Positions 27,965 through 36,860 of a DNA stretch of 64,000 nt are shown here, piece by piece (position 1 is the stretch's first letter; every line of letters begins with the position of its first letter). The stretch lies in contig CALKCL010000005.1 in the NCBI GenBank assembly GCA_938082545.1, positions 23,677-87,676 of the forward strand, read 5' to 3'. Origin of the DNA: an uncultured Gammaproteobacteria bacterium (GTDB lineage Bacteria; Pseudomonadota; Gammaproteobacteria; Ga0077536). The notes beneath the pieces were generated by a model, which saw only the letters and a list, made by a program, of their open reading frames with translations, did not search any database and was not told where the DNA came from. The position numbers and the translations under genes are program-made.

Positions 27965-28029
27965 CTAATTTAAAGGGAAGAGATTCTTTCGGCTTCTGGT
28001 AACTGAAATAAACATTAAAACGAAACAAG

Positions 28030-28051
28030 TTAAGAAGCCTGAGCTTCTTAA
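28030..28051. terminator. hairpin between convergent genes
   Basis: TTAAGAAGC-ctga-GCTTCTTAA, with no strong T run on either side. Confidence 0.35.
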
Positions 28052-28053
28052 TA

Positions 28054-28935
28054 TTACCCTAAAAAATCCTCTACTAACTCTAAGAAAGCCGCCAATTGAT
28101 CATGGTGCACCCAATGCCCGGCCCCTGAAAACCCTTTGACCGTAGCGTTAGAAAAGTACTTTGCTCTCCCATCTTCCTCGGGGCTGGAAGCCCAACTTTC
28201 TTCGCCGTAAACGAGCAGTGTAGAACAAGTTATCTGTCCCCATAAATTTTTGATTTCTTTACTCGGCATATCGAACGGCGGCCAAGCTCTTACGTAGTTA
28301 TCGAACTTCCAAGAATACGTGCCATCTTCATTCTGACTGGTCCCATGAACAGTCAAGTGATAAGCCTGCTCTGGAGACAGGTGCTTATTCTCTCCTTGCA
28401 TACGCCCAAGCGCTTCTTCTACCGAAGCATACCGTCGAGGTAGTCGTCCGGCAAAACTTCTTTTCTCCTCGATCCAATCACGCAGTCTCTGGTCATAACT
28501 TTTCTTTGCTCTCTCCGCCAGCATCTTAGGAGGAAAGCCCAATCCTTCTATAGCTATTATAGATTTTACCAGATCCGGAAACAGACCAGCATACCGAAGT
28601 GCTATGTTTCCACCTAGAGAATGAGCCAAGATCGTAACCGGCGCGAGCTGCTTTTGATGCACGAGCTGAGCTAAATCATAAATATAGCTTGCCATGTCAT
28701 AATGACCATCAGGAGACCAGTCGCTATCTCCATGACCTCGTAAATCAGGAGCAATAATGTGCCATTTGTGACGCAAAGACTGTGCCACCCAATCCCAATT
28801 CCGACAGTGGTCGCGTCCACCATGAACCAAAAGCAAAGGCGAGCCATCTGAATTCCCCCAGTCGACATAGTGCAGGCGCAGCCTTTGTGAAGAATATCGA
28901 TGTGAAGTTGGGCCTGGGAACAAATCTTTAGGCAA
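28054..28935 (-). CDS. alpha/beta hydrolase
   Basis: 293 aa with LLVHGGRDH and the nucleophile elbow AHSLGG. Confidence 0.8.
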   Translation of the reverse strand: MPKDLFPGPTSHRYSSQRLRLHYVDWGNSDGSPLLLVHGGRDHCRNWDWVAQSLRHKWHIIAPDLRGHGDSDWSPDGHYDMASYIYDLAQLVHQKQLAPVTILAHSLGGNIALRYAGLFPDLVKSIIAIEGLGFPPKMLAERAKKSYDQRLRDWIEEKRSFAGRLPRRYASVEEALGRMQGENKHLSPEQAYHLTVHGTSQNEDGTYSWKFDNYVRAWPPFDMPSKEIKNLWGQITCSTLLVYGEESWASSPEEDGRAKYFSNATVKGFSGAGHWVHHDQLAAFLELVEDFLG

Positions 28936-28981
28936 TTAAAAACTCCTCTCGCATAGAATTATGGTGTTCTCGAATCTGAGC

Positions 28982-29923
28982 TCATTTTTGAGCATGGCTG
29001 AGGCCAGACACAATATTGTACGCCATATTTAATGTAGGACAATCGAGACTCAGACGCTTGGCCTCTCTGACTAAGAACCCGAGTGTTTCGTGAACTTCTA
29101 ACTGTTTTCCCGCCAGAAGATCTTGCAATGCAGATATACGATGTCCGGGAGCCTGGCGCTTGAAATCGTTTCCAATACCCACAACAACAGAAATTGCCGT
29201 CTCAAGAGAACCTTGAGTAATTGTTGCAACCGGAAATGGAGCTCTGTCTAAAAGTACTACCCCGCTCTTATCGGCAACATGGCCAGACTCACGCATAATC
29301 TCTGCTCCGAGCTTTGCAAAAAAAGGATTACTCAGGCTATCTCCCGTATCCAGCCGAGAGATAACAGCTACTGTCAATAACGCTACCCATCCCACAAATT
29401 TAGACCACTCTTCGTTATAGATATCGTCACTCAACTTAGTGGTAATGCCGGCGGCATCAATAATAGAAACTAGAGCGCCTACTTCGGGCCAACCACCACC
29501 CAAGTGCAGAGCAACGTTCCGGGTGAACACAGCTGGTCCATCCGCATCAAGCTCTCCACTAAAATTAGCCATGCATCCCAGGACTTCGTCATAACGCGAT
29601 TCTAATAACCGTGTTTTTTCTACTCCATTTGCAAGCGAGAAAACTACATCTGCTTGGCAGCCAGCACAATCTTCTAACGCCTCAGCCATATGGTAGGTTT
29701 TCACCGCATAGATGAGAATACCATCTTTGGATGGCTCATTTATTGTGAGTCCTTTTTCAATACCTAGCGCCAACGATACTAAGCCTCTGACCTTAAGACC
29801 ATGTTCCCGCACTTGCTCTAATCTTCGACCTCGTACTCTCACATTTACAGTATGCCCCGCTTCAAGCAGGTGAGCTGCTAAAATAGTCCCTAAAGCTCCA
29901 CATCCGACGATAGTAAACCGCAT
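28982..29923 (-). CDS. ketopantoate reductase (PanE/ApbA) family oxidoreductase
   Basis: 313 aa with the N-terminal Rossmann motif IVGCGALG. Confidence 0.7.
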   Translation of the reverse strand: MRFTIVGCGALGTILAAHLLEAGHTVNVRVRGRRLEQVREHGLKVRGLVSLALGIEKGLTINEPSKDGILIYAVKTYHMAEALEDCAGCQADVVFSLANGVEKTRLLESRYDEVLGCMANFSGELDADGPAVFTRNVALHLGGGWPEVGALVSIIDAAGITTKLSDDIYNEEWSKFVGWVALLTVAVISRLDTGDSLSNPFFAKLGAEIMRESGHVADKSGVVLLDRAPFPVATITQGSLETAISVVVGIGNDFKRQAPGHRISALQDLLAGKQLEVHETLGFLVREAKRLSLDCPTLNMAYNIVSGLSHAQK

Positions 29924-30038
29924 ATATCCTCTTTCAAAATCACCCCAACATAAGTGGTATTCTACACAAGAAATAATTTTATTTTCTTAATCTACCAGTA
30001 TGCCGATACAATCAGTAAGGTAAAAAAAGGGAAACGAT

Positions 30039-31271
30039 ATGCGATGTGAAGTAGTGGCCATAGGGACAGAGCTCTTGTTGGGCCAGATCATTGACACCAA
30101 CTCCTCTTGGATTGGGGAGCAGCTGACCCAAATTGGAGTTGATTCTCTTTACCAAACAAAAGTTGGCGACAATCACAGTAGAATCATAGCGACTATCAAA
30201 ACTGCTCTTGAAAGAAGTGATGCTGTCATATGCTGCGGTGGCTTAGGTCCTACGCAAGATGACATCACTCGTGAAGCAATTGCTGAGATTATGGATGTCG
30301 AACTAATTTTTGATTCTTCTATAGCTGAAACCATAAAAAAAATGTTTGTCTCTCGTGGGCGCTCAATGCCCGACAATAACTTAAAGCAAGCAGAAATTCC
30401 TGAAGGTGCTTCACCAATTCCTAAACAGCCTGGAACTGCGCCAGGATTAATATGCCCTATAGGTCAGAAAGTTCTTTATGCCGTTCCTGGCGTTCCCTAT
30501 GAAATGCATCAAATGATGAAGACGGCAATTCTTCCCGACCTTATTGCGCGTGCTGGTCATAAGTCTATTATAAAAAGTAGAGTATTAAAAACGTGGGGGT
30601 ACAGTGAAAGCAGGCTAGCCGAGATCCTGGAAAACAGAATATCGGAACTAGACGAAGCAGGGAATCCTACGATTGCTTTTCTAGCTAGCGGTATAGAAGG
30701 GCTAAAAGTCCGGATTACGGCTAAAGGTAATACTCAAGCTGAGGCAGAAGAACTGATAGAAAAAGAAGAAGAAAATGTGAGACAGCTTTTGGGAAGCTCA
30801 ATATTTGCAACTGACAATGAGACTATGGAGTCAACTATCATTAATTTACTCAAAAAATCTGGACTGACCTTGTCATTGGTCGAAGTAACCAGTGGTGGAA
30901 TTGCCAGTGCCCGGCTATCCGCAGCAGATCCGTTTGGTGAGGTGTTCTTCGGCAGCATAGTGCCAAGATCTAGCGGCACGAGAAAACAATTACTTAATGT
31001 GCCCCAGGACATTATTGGGACCTCGGAAGGCGCCAAGCAGCTGGCAATCGCAGCAAGAGCTCTATTCAAAACAGACATTGGTCTATCCACCACTGGGGAG
31101 CATGATGTTTTAGGTGTAACAAAAAGAGGCCAAACGTATCTTGGAATTGCCAACCAAAATGGAGCTCAAGTAGAGCAAGTTAAGTTACCTGGAGACTACG
31201 AAAGGGTTCGTCAATTTAGCGTTATTAGCCTTTTAAATTCGCTGCGCCTAAGTTTGTCTAAAAAAAATTAA
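30039..31271 (+). CDS. cinA: CinA-family protein (MoCF-binding domain plus NMN-deamidase-like domain)
   Basis: 410 aa with EVVAIGTELLLGQIIDTNSSWI and GGLGPTQDDITREA. Confidence 0.85.
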   Translation: MRCEVVAIGTELLLGQIIDTNSSWIGEQLTQIGVDSLYQTKVGDNHSRIIATIKTALERSDAVICCGGLGPTQDDITREAIAEIMDVELIFDSSIAETIKKMFVSRGRSMPDNNLKQAEIPEGASPIPKQPGTAPGLICPIGQKVLYAVPGVPYEMHQMMKTAILPDLIARAGHKSIIKSRVLKTWGYSESRLAEILENRISELDEAGNPTIAFLASGIEGLKVRITAKGNTQAEAEELIEKEEENVRQLLGSSIFATDNETMESTIINLLKKSGLTLSLVEVTSGGIASARLSAADPFGEVFFGSIVPRSSGTRKQLLNVPQDIIGTSEGAKQLAIAARALFKTDIGLSTTGEHDVLGVTKRGQTYLGIANQNGAQVEQVKLPGDYERVRQFSVISLLNSLRLSLSKKN

Positions 31272-31278
31272 AGAGCTT

Positions 31279-31497
31279 ATGGAAATTGAAATAAAATATT
31301 GTGGAATATGAAACTATAAACCTGAAGCGCTCCGTGTGAGGGAACAGCTGATAGGATCGGGATGCAATGTGCAACTAATAGAAGGCACAGGTGGAGTGTT
31401 TGATATCGTGGTCGACAACCAACTGAAGTTTTCCAAAAAAATAAATGGAAACTTTCCATCAGAAAAAAAAATTTCGTCGATAATTTCGGGTTTTTAA
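31279..31497 (+). CDS. SelW/Rdx-family selenoprotein (72 aa) with in-frame TGA (Sec) at 31309..31311
   Basis: MEIEIKYCGI-U-NYKPEALRVREQLIGSGCNVQLIEGTGGVFDIVVDNQLKFSKKINGNFPSEKKISSIISGF. It has a CxxU redox motif plus G.GG.F[DE] and SK...G.FP blocks, as in SelW. There is an AAGAG SD, and it sits 8 nt after cinA. It is absent from the ORF track because of the TGA. Confidence 0.75.
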
Positions 31498-31503
31498 AAT
31501 CAT

Positions 31504-31767
31504 ATGTTGGTAAAAAAACGGATCCTAGAACAACTAGGATCCGAACACACTACTTTTGAAAAAATCAGTAGCACAGTGCTTCTACAAGCCCAAAACCACA
31601 ACATAAATATTTCACTGCAAGAAATCCGGACCGTTATAGAACATCTGATAAAAAATGGAACGATAGACAGCTGCCAGTACCTCGCTGAAGAAAAGTACTA
31701 TGCAAAGACAATTTATGATAAATCTAATATCTACTGGTACTTTTTTAAGCTAAGCTCTAGCGAGTAG
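31504..31767 (+). CDS. hypothetical protein (possibly winged-helix-like)
   Basis: 87 aa. It starts 7 nt after the selW-like stop and is tightly packed in the cinA-amidase operon. Confidence 0.4.
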   Translation: MLVKKRILEQLGSEHTTFEKISSTVLLQAQNHNINISLQEIRTVIEHLIKNGTIDSCQYLAEEKYYAKTIYDKSNIYWYFFKLSSSE

Positions 31768-31797
31768 TTCAAACAGTGATGGAAAGAGGACTGTTAA

Positions 31798-33201
31798 ATG
31801 GGAAACATAGATGATCTATTGCTAGAAACCATACAAACTATAGCACCGATGATCGAATCTAAAACCATCTCTCCGGTCGAGCTGACCGAAGCAATGTTGA
31901 ACAGGATCGAATCGGTCGACAAAAGCATCGGAAGCTATGCGCTTGTTACACCAGATCTTGCCATGGACGAAGCACGACTAGCTGAATCACAAATCATTGC
32001 TGGCAACTATCTTGGTGCACTTCATGGGGTGCCAATCGCACTAAAGGATCTTATTGACGTTGCTAACGTTCCAACTGAGTGCGCTTCGACTATCCTGCGG
32101 GGAAACATTCCACGCACAAATGCCACAGTCGTTGAAAAACTCAAATCAGCAGGAGCGATTACTTTAGGTAAATTAAACCTGACAGAATTTGCTCTGTACG
32201 GCTACCATCCCGAGTTTACCCCACCTGCCAATCCTTGGAACCTTGAGCATTGGTCAGGTGTATCGTCCTCAGGTTCAGGAGCCGCTACCGCTGCATCACT
32301 TTGCTACGCGAGCCTAGGAACCGACACTGGCGGTTCAATTCGTTTCCCTTCCGCCGCATGTGGCGTCGTGGGAATAAAAGCTACTTTTGGAAAAATCAGT
32401 CGACATGGTGTTTTCCCATTATCTGATACGCTGGATCACACAGGACCAATTGCTCGCTGTGTTAAGGATGCTGCGCTTATGCTAAGCATCCTCGAAGGCA
32501 GAGATCCAAAGGACCCGTCGACAAGAACAGACCCTATAAGCGACTATTTCGGCGCAACCTGCAAAGGACTCACCGATTTTAAAATTGGGCTGGATCCTAC
32601 CTATTGCTCAAAAGGATGTGATACGGAAATGTCAGCGGCAACGTTCACCGCAGTCGACCTTCTCAAAAGCGCAGGCGCAACCATAGTTCCGCTCGACGCG
32701 CCTGATCTAGAAAATGCCGCAAGACATTGGTTAAGTATATGCTCAGTTGACGCTCTCATGAGTCACAAAGAGCTTTTCCCAGAGAGAAGAGAGGAGTACG
32801 GGCCAGTCTTCAGGGCACTGTTAGAGCATGGAGAAACTGTGTCTTCAGTTGAGTATGCAGAAGCCACACGTCAACGCCAATATACTACTGCCCTCATCAA
32901 TGACCTATTATCGAAAGCGGACGTCATCGTTTGTCCTGCAATGCCAACGATTGCTGGACCTCAATCTGATTACCCCCCTCAGCAAGTCGCCGCCGTCGAA
33001 GACATTGGACCATTAGTGAAATTCGCGGCACCAACAAATTTTTCTGGCCATCCAAGTATCACGATACCTAATGGATTTAGCGCAAGTGGAATGCCTACTG
33101 GGATGCAGTTTATTGGTCGACATGGAGATGAGGCGTCCATCATTCGAGCGGCTGCCGCCTACGAGGAACTGACGGATTGGCAAAAACACAAACCCTTATA
33201 G
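31798..33201 (+). CDS. amidase-signature (GatA-like) amidase
   Basis: 467 aa with GVSSSGSGAATAA and GTDTGGSIRFPSAACGVVGIKATFG. Confidence 0.9.
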   Translation: MGNIDDLLLETIQTIAPMIESKTISPVELTEAMLNRIESVDKSIGSYALVTPDLAMDEARLAESQIIAGNYLGALHGVPIALKDLIDVANVPTECASTILRGNIPRTNATVVEKLKSAGAITLGKLNLTEFALYGYHPEFTPPANPWNLEHWSGVSSSGSGAATAASLCYASLGTDTGGSIRFPSAACGVVGIKATFGKISRHGVFPLSDTLDHTGPIARCVKDAALMLSILEGRDPKDPSTRTDPISDYFGATCKGLTDFKIGLDPTYCSKGCDTEMSAATFTAVDLLKSAGATIVPLDAPDLENAARHWLSICSVDALMSHKELFPERREEYGPVFRALLEHGETVSSVEYAEATRQRQYTTALINDLLSKADVIVCPAMPTIAGPQSDYPPQQVAAVEDIGPLVKFAAPTNFSGHPSITIPNGFSASGMPTGMQFIGRHGDEASIIRAAAAYEELTDWQKHKPL

Positions 33202-33205
33202 CAGA

Positions 33206-34387
33206 CTATGAAGATTGCCTCTTCTCCGCACGGGATAGGTCTAAAAGCCTCCATAGATACCAGCTAGCTACACTCCGGTAAGGTCTCCACAACTGTCCGT
33301 ATTTATTTAGTGTTTTTCGGTCAGTTTCTCCTTTTTTCCCAAGCATATAGGCATGACCTAAGCGAAGTCCCAAGTCATCCACCGCAAGCACATCTGGTCT
33401 ACCAAGACGGAACATTAACAGCATCTCAACAGTCCATTGTCCTATGCCTTTGACTTGAGTTAACGATTCGATAATCTCATTATCGCTCATTTTTTTTAAT
33501 TTAATCAGAGTTGGAATTTCACCAGTCAGTGTTCGTTCTGAAAGATCACTGACTGAGAGAATCTTATTACGAGACAAACCGCACCCGCGCAACTCTTCAT
33601 GCGATAGGCTCAAAAAATTCTGCGCCGACAGCCCTTTAGGCAATAGCTCAAACTTGTCACACAGCCTCTGGAAAATCGTGGCCGCAGCCTTAACACTTAG
33701 CTGTTGCGATACAATAGCTTTCACTAAGGAGAAATAAACCGTAGATTCTTTTCTCAACGTCATGCTCGGTTCTCCAACTCGAACAATGGCCTCCGCCATG
33801 TCTGGATCCACTGCACTAAGATAATCGGCCGCTTTTCTAGGATCATAGGGGAAACCCAGGCATCCCTTATGCTGCATTTTCTCCACTTCTATGAGATATC
33901 TTTTTAGAGATAAACCTCCTGGCGCACTAAAACCTCTAAGGTCACCATTAGCGGCAATAATTCGATGGCATGGGACGATCAATGGAAAAGGATTGGCCCC
34001 CAATGCCTGTCCAACCGCACGCGAAGAATTGGGGGACCCAAGCAACCTGGCTAGTTGCCCATATGACACTGTGGATCCTGCGGCTATCTTGCTAGCTTGA
34101 GAATAGACACGCTGACGAAAAGCCGTCACAGTGGTCAAATCTAAATTGGAAATAGGTAATTCAAAAGATTGTCCGGACAGCATCTGAGCTATGTTTTTCT
34201 GAACTTTCTTAATAGTCGGACTGGCTAATGAAACATATGGGAAATCCTCAAAACCAGTCTTTAAGGCAGCCAGTGTTATTGCTTCGGACCGCTCAGGAAA
34301 CTGTACTTTTACTATCCCTCGGTTATTCCAAACCAATCCACAGTGGCCAATTATCGTCTTAAAAAGCATCAACCCTTTTTTATCCAT
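33206..34387 (-). CDS. fusion of O6-methylguanine-DNA methyltransferase (Ogt-like) and DNA-3-methyladenine glycosylase II (AlkA-like, HhH-GPD)
   Basis: The N half has the active site IVPCHRII. The C half has VKGIGQWTVEMLLMF and VDDLGLR. I prefer ATG 34387 (MDKKGLMLFK), which removes the overlap with 34487(+). Confidence 0.8.
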   Translation of the reverse strand: MDKKGLMLFKTIIGHCGLVWNNRGIVKVQFPERSEAITLAALKTGFEDFPYVSLASPTIKKVQKNIAQMLSGQSFELPISNLDLTTVTAFRQRVYSQASKIAAGSTVSYGQLARLLGSPNSSRAVGQALGANPFPLIVPCHRIIAANGDLRGFSAPGGLSLKRYLIEVEKMQHKGCLGFPYDPRKAADYLSAVDPDMAEAIVRVGEPSMTLRKESTVYFSLVKAIVSQQLSVKAAATIFQRLCDKFELLPKGLSAQNFLSLSHEELRGCGLSRNKILSVSDLSERTLTGEIPTLIKLKKMSDNEIIESLTQVKGIGQWTVEMLLMFRLGRPDVLAVDDLGLRLGHAYMLGKKGETDRKTLNKYGQLWRPYRSVASWYLWRLLDLSRAEKRQSS

Positions 34388-34486
34388 CACTAAATATCCC
34401 CCTCCAAGAAAAGTATTTTCTGCTTGTTTTGCAAGATAAGATAGATGTATTGTCTGGATCATTAAAAATATAGGAGTTATAAACAC

Positions 34487-35023
34487 GTGATGTACCAACT
34501 GGACTCACAGAAAGTCACTGCTGATGCAGAACATTTCATCGCACCAAGTGCAACGGTATTAGGAAACGTCCATCTCAAAAAAAACGCTAGCGTATGGTTC
34601 GGCGCAGTATTGCGTGGTGATAATGACCTCATCACAGTTGGAGAAAATTCCAACATACAAGATCTATCAGTTTTACATACAGACCCTGGTTGCCCTTTAA
34701 CCATAGGAGCTAACTGTACAATAGGACACAAAGTCATGCTTCATGGTTGCACGATTGGAGACAACACGTTGATTGGGATCAATGCTGTAGTTTTAAATGG
34801 TGCAAAAATAGGCTCAAACTGCCTTATCGGAGCGGGCGCTCTCATAACAGAAGGAAAAACTATCCCAGATGGTAGCCTTGTAATGGGTGTCCCCGGAAAA
34901 ATCATAAAGAAGCTCACACCCGAACAGATTGAAGGGCTAACCGAATCTGCACAGGGGTATGTACAAAATTCTCAGCGCTTCAAGTTAGGCTTAAAACACC
35001 AAGAAAGTCCTACAAAACCCTAA
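34487..35023 (+). CDS. gamma-carbonic-anhydrase-family (hexapeptide repeat) protein
   Basis: 178 aa, left-handed beta-helix repeats, with [10 protein letters not shown] and VLHTD. Confidence 0.85.
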   Translation: MMYQLDSQKVTADAEHFIAPSATVLGNVHLKKNASVWFGAVLRGDNDLITVGENSNIQDLSVLHTDPGCPLTIGANCTIGHKVMLHGCTIGDNTLIGINAVVLNGAKIGSNCLIGAGALITEGKTIPDGSLVMGVPGKIIKKLTPEQIEGLTESAQGYVQNSQRFKLGLKHQESPTKP

Positions 35024-35051
35024 AACCTCTCCGAATGATTAGCCTGTCTAA

Positions 35052-36254
35052 TCAACTGAAACGTTTAATAATCTGCTTACCAAGCGCCATCATGTGAACC
35101 TGGTCCGGCCCATCAGCCTGACGACACCAGCGAGCATAGTTAAAGGCTTCAGCCATAAAGTAGTCACCTGTCAACCCACCAGCACCATGGATCTGCATAC
35201 AACGGTCAATAACCTTCTGAGCCATGAGCGGAACAGTTATCTTAGCTGCCGCAATCATATCACTGGCCTCTCGGGCCCCTACTTCGTCCATACGAGATGC
35301 CGTTTTCATAGTAAGTAAACGAGCCTGCTCAATCTCGCAAAAGCTTACCGCAATATCCTCTCTAACGGACTGATGTTCAGCAAGCATTTTACCAAAAGTC
35401 GAACGAGAGACTGACCGCCGGCAAGCGTACTCTAGAGCACGTTGAGCAGCTCCAATAAGGCGCATACAATGATGTATCCGACCAGGGCCGAGTCTGCCTT
35501 GTGCTATTTCAAACCCGCGTCCCTCACCCAAAAGCATATTTTCAGCTGGAACTCTTACATCATCAAACACTACTTCAGCGTGGCCTTGAGGTGCGTCGTC
35601 ATAACCTAAAGTGGTCAGTGGACGGGTGACTATCATACCAGGAGCCCCTTTCGGCACCAGAATTTGGCTTTGCTGTAAGTGTCGATTAGGGTTCTCTGGG
35701 TCAGACTTCCCCATAACAATAAAAATTCCTGTGCGCTCATTCATTGCGCCAGTAATAAACCATTTTTTTCCATTGATTACATATTCAGAGCCATCACGCA
35801 TAATTGAAGTCTGGACATTAGTGGCATCGCTAGATGCCACGTCAGGCTCTGTCATCGCAAAAGATGAGCGAATATCTCCAGCCAAAAGAGGCTCCAACCA
35901 TTGCTTCTTCTGCTCTTCAGTTCCATATTTCATGAACACTTCCATATTGCCAGTGTCCGGAGCATTGCAGTTGAAGACCTCAGCGCTCCAATAGACTCGA
36001 CCCATGATTTCAGCCAGAGGAGCATAATGAGCATTACTTAACCCACCAAATTTCTCAGGGACAAAAAGATTCCACAAACCTTGCTCTTTTGCTTTTGCTT
36101 TTAGTTCTTCTACGACCGACATAGTAACGAAACGATCTTTTAAACCCGCTAACTCTTCGTGATACCGAGCCTCATTCGGATAGACATGCTCAGTCATAAA
36201 CTGTTCAAGTTGCAGGTTCAGGTTTTCGGGACTCTCGTTGATATTTGCGTACAT
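35052..36254 (-). CDS. acyl-CoA dehydrogenase
   Basis: 400 aa with [15 protein letters not shown] and the C-terminal QIHGAGG block. Confidence 0.9.
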   Translation of the reverse strand: MYANINESPENLNLQLEQFMTEHVYPNEARYHEELAGLKDRFVTMSVVEELKAKAKEQGLWNLFVPEKFGGLSNAHYAPLAEIMGRVYWSAEVFNCNAPDTGNMEVFMKYGTEEQKKQWLEPLLAGDIRSSFAMTEPDVASSDATNVQTSIMRDGSEYVINGKKWFITGAMNERTGIFIVMGKSDPENPNRHLQQSQILVPKGAPGMIVTRPLTTLGYDDAPQGHAEVVFDDVRVPAENMLLGEGRGFEIAQGRLGPGRIHHCMRLIGAAQRALEYACRRSVSRSTFGKMLAEHQSVREDIAVSFCEIEQARLLTMKTASRMDEVGAREASDMIAAAKITVPLMAQKVIDRCMQIHGAGGLTGDYFMAEAFNYARWCRQADGPDQVHMMALGKQIIKRFS

Positions 36255-36423
36255 TTACTTATCCTAGATATTAGCTGTGAGGATCATTGTAACCGCTATG
36301 ATGGCTTTTTAGACAGGTTGGCTTAATAGGTAATTTACATAGCGCACTAAAAATGGTGTCATATCGCAACAGGCTAAAAATAGTCAGTAACGAATAGGGC
36401 AAAAGAATACGAGGGAAGCATAT

Positions 36424-36846
36424 ATGCCGATACCAAAAAAACCCACCGCACTGCAGCAAAACTACGCCTTAATGGCAGTAGATGACTATGACATGAGAAT
36501 GTATGTGGTCGATCACTTGAAAGATAAAGACAAAAGAAATGCGCTTATAGCAGAGCATGCGAAATTCCCTAGAGGAGGAGCGACTCAACCGGGAAGCCCC
36601 CCTCCACTCCAGAGCCCAACGTTAAAGAGACTAGTAGATAAGTTACGAATGGTGCCTCAAACCGGGAAACACACCATCGTAGAAACAATTCCATGGAAGG
36701 AATATGCCATCGGCATCTTACCTGGCGCCCGCGGGAAACCAGTAAAAATAACTAGCGAAAAATATAACTCTAGAGATGATGCCAACCACGCTATTTTTTG
36801 TAAACGATTAAAGGCTTTGTGCGCTCATTACGACATCCGCATGTAG
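36424..36846 (+). CDS. small protein, candidate alpha-like partner of the DMFase-like enzyme (locus 2)
   Basis: 140 aa (~15-16 kDa). The C-terminal ~70 aa are homologous to ORF 22349..22645. It lies immediately upstream of the large subunit gene. Confidence 0.55.
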   Translation: MPIPKKPTALQQNYALMAVDDYDMRMYVVDHLKDKDKRNALIAEHAKFPRGGATQPGSPPPLQSPTLKRLVDKLRMVPQTGKHTIVETIPWKEYAIGILPGARGKPVKITSEKYNSRDDANHAIFCKRLKALCAHYDIRM

Positions 36847-36860
36847 TTCAGAGGAAAACC

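Noticed and set aside
31277-31459. A 60-aa minus-strand ORF in the cinA-amidase gap.
   Set aside because: It is antisense to the much better supported SelW-like frame and has no family resemblance.
36819-36860. Track starts that create overlaps: 36819 (large subunit 2), 4934 (asmA-like), 62735 (TRAP SBP), 34498 (ogt-alkA), 50422 (hemA), 10575 (porin) and 9286 (DUF1326).
   Set aside because: Internal in-frame starts with better SD sequences, N-termini that align with paralogs or the family, or signal peptides remove the overlaps. The longest-ORF starts are judged artefactual.
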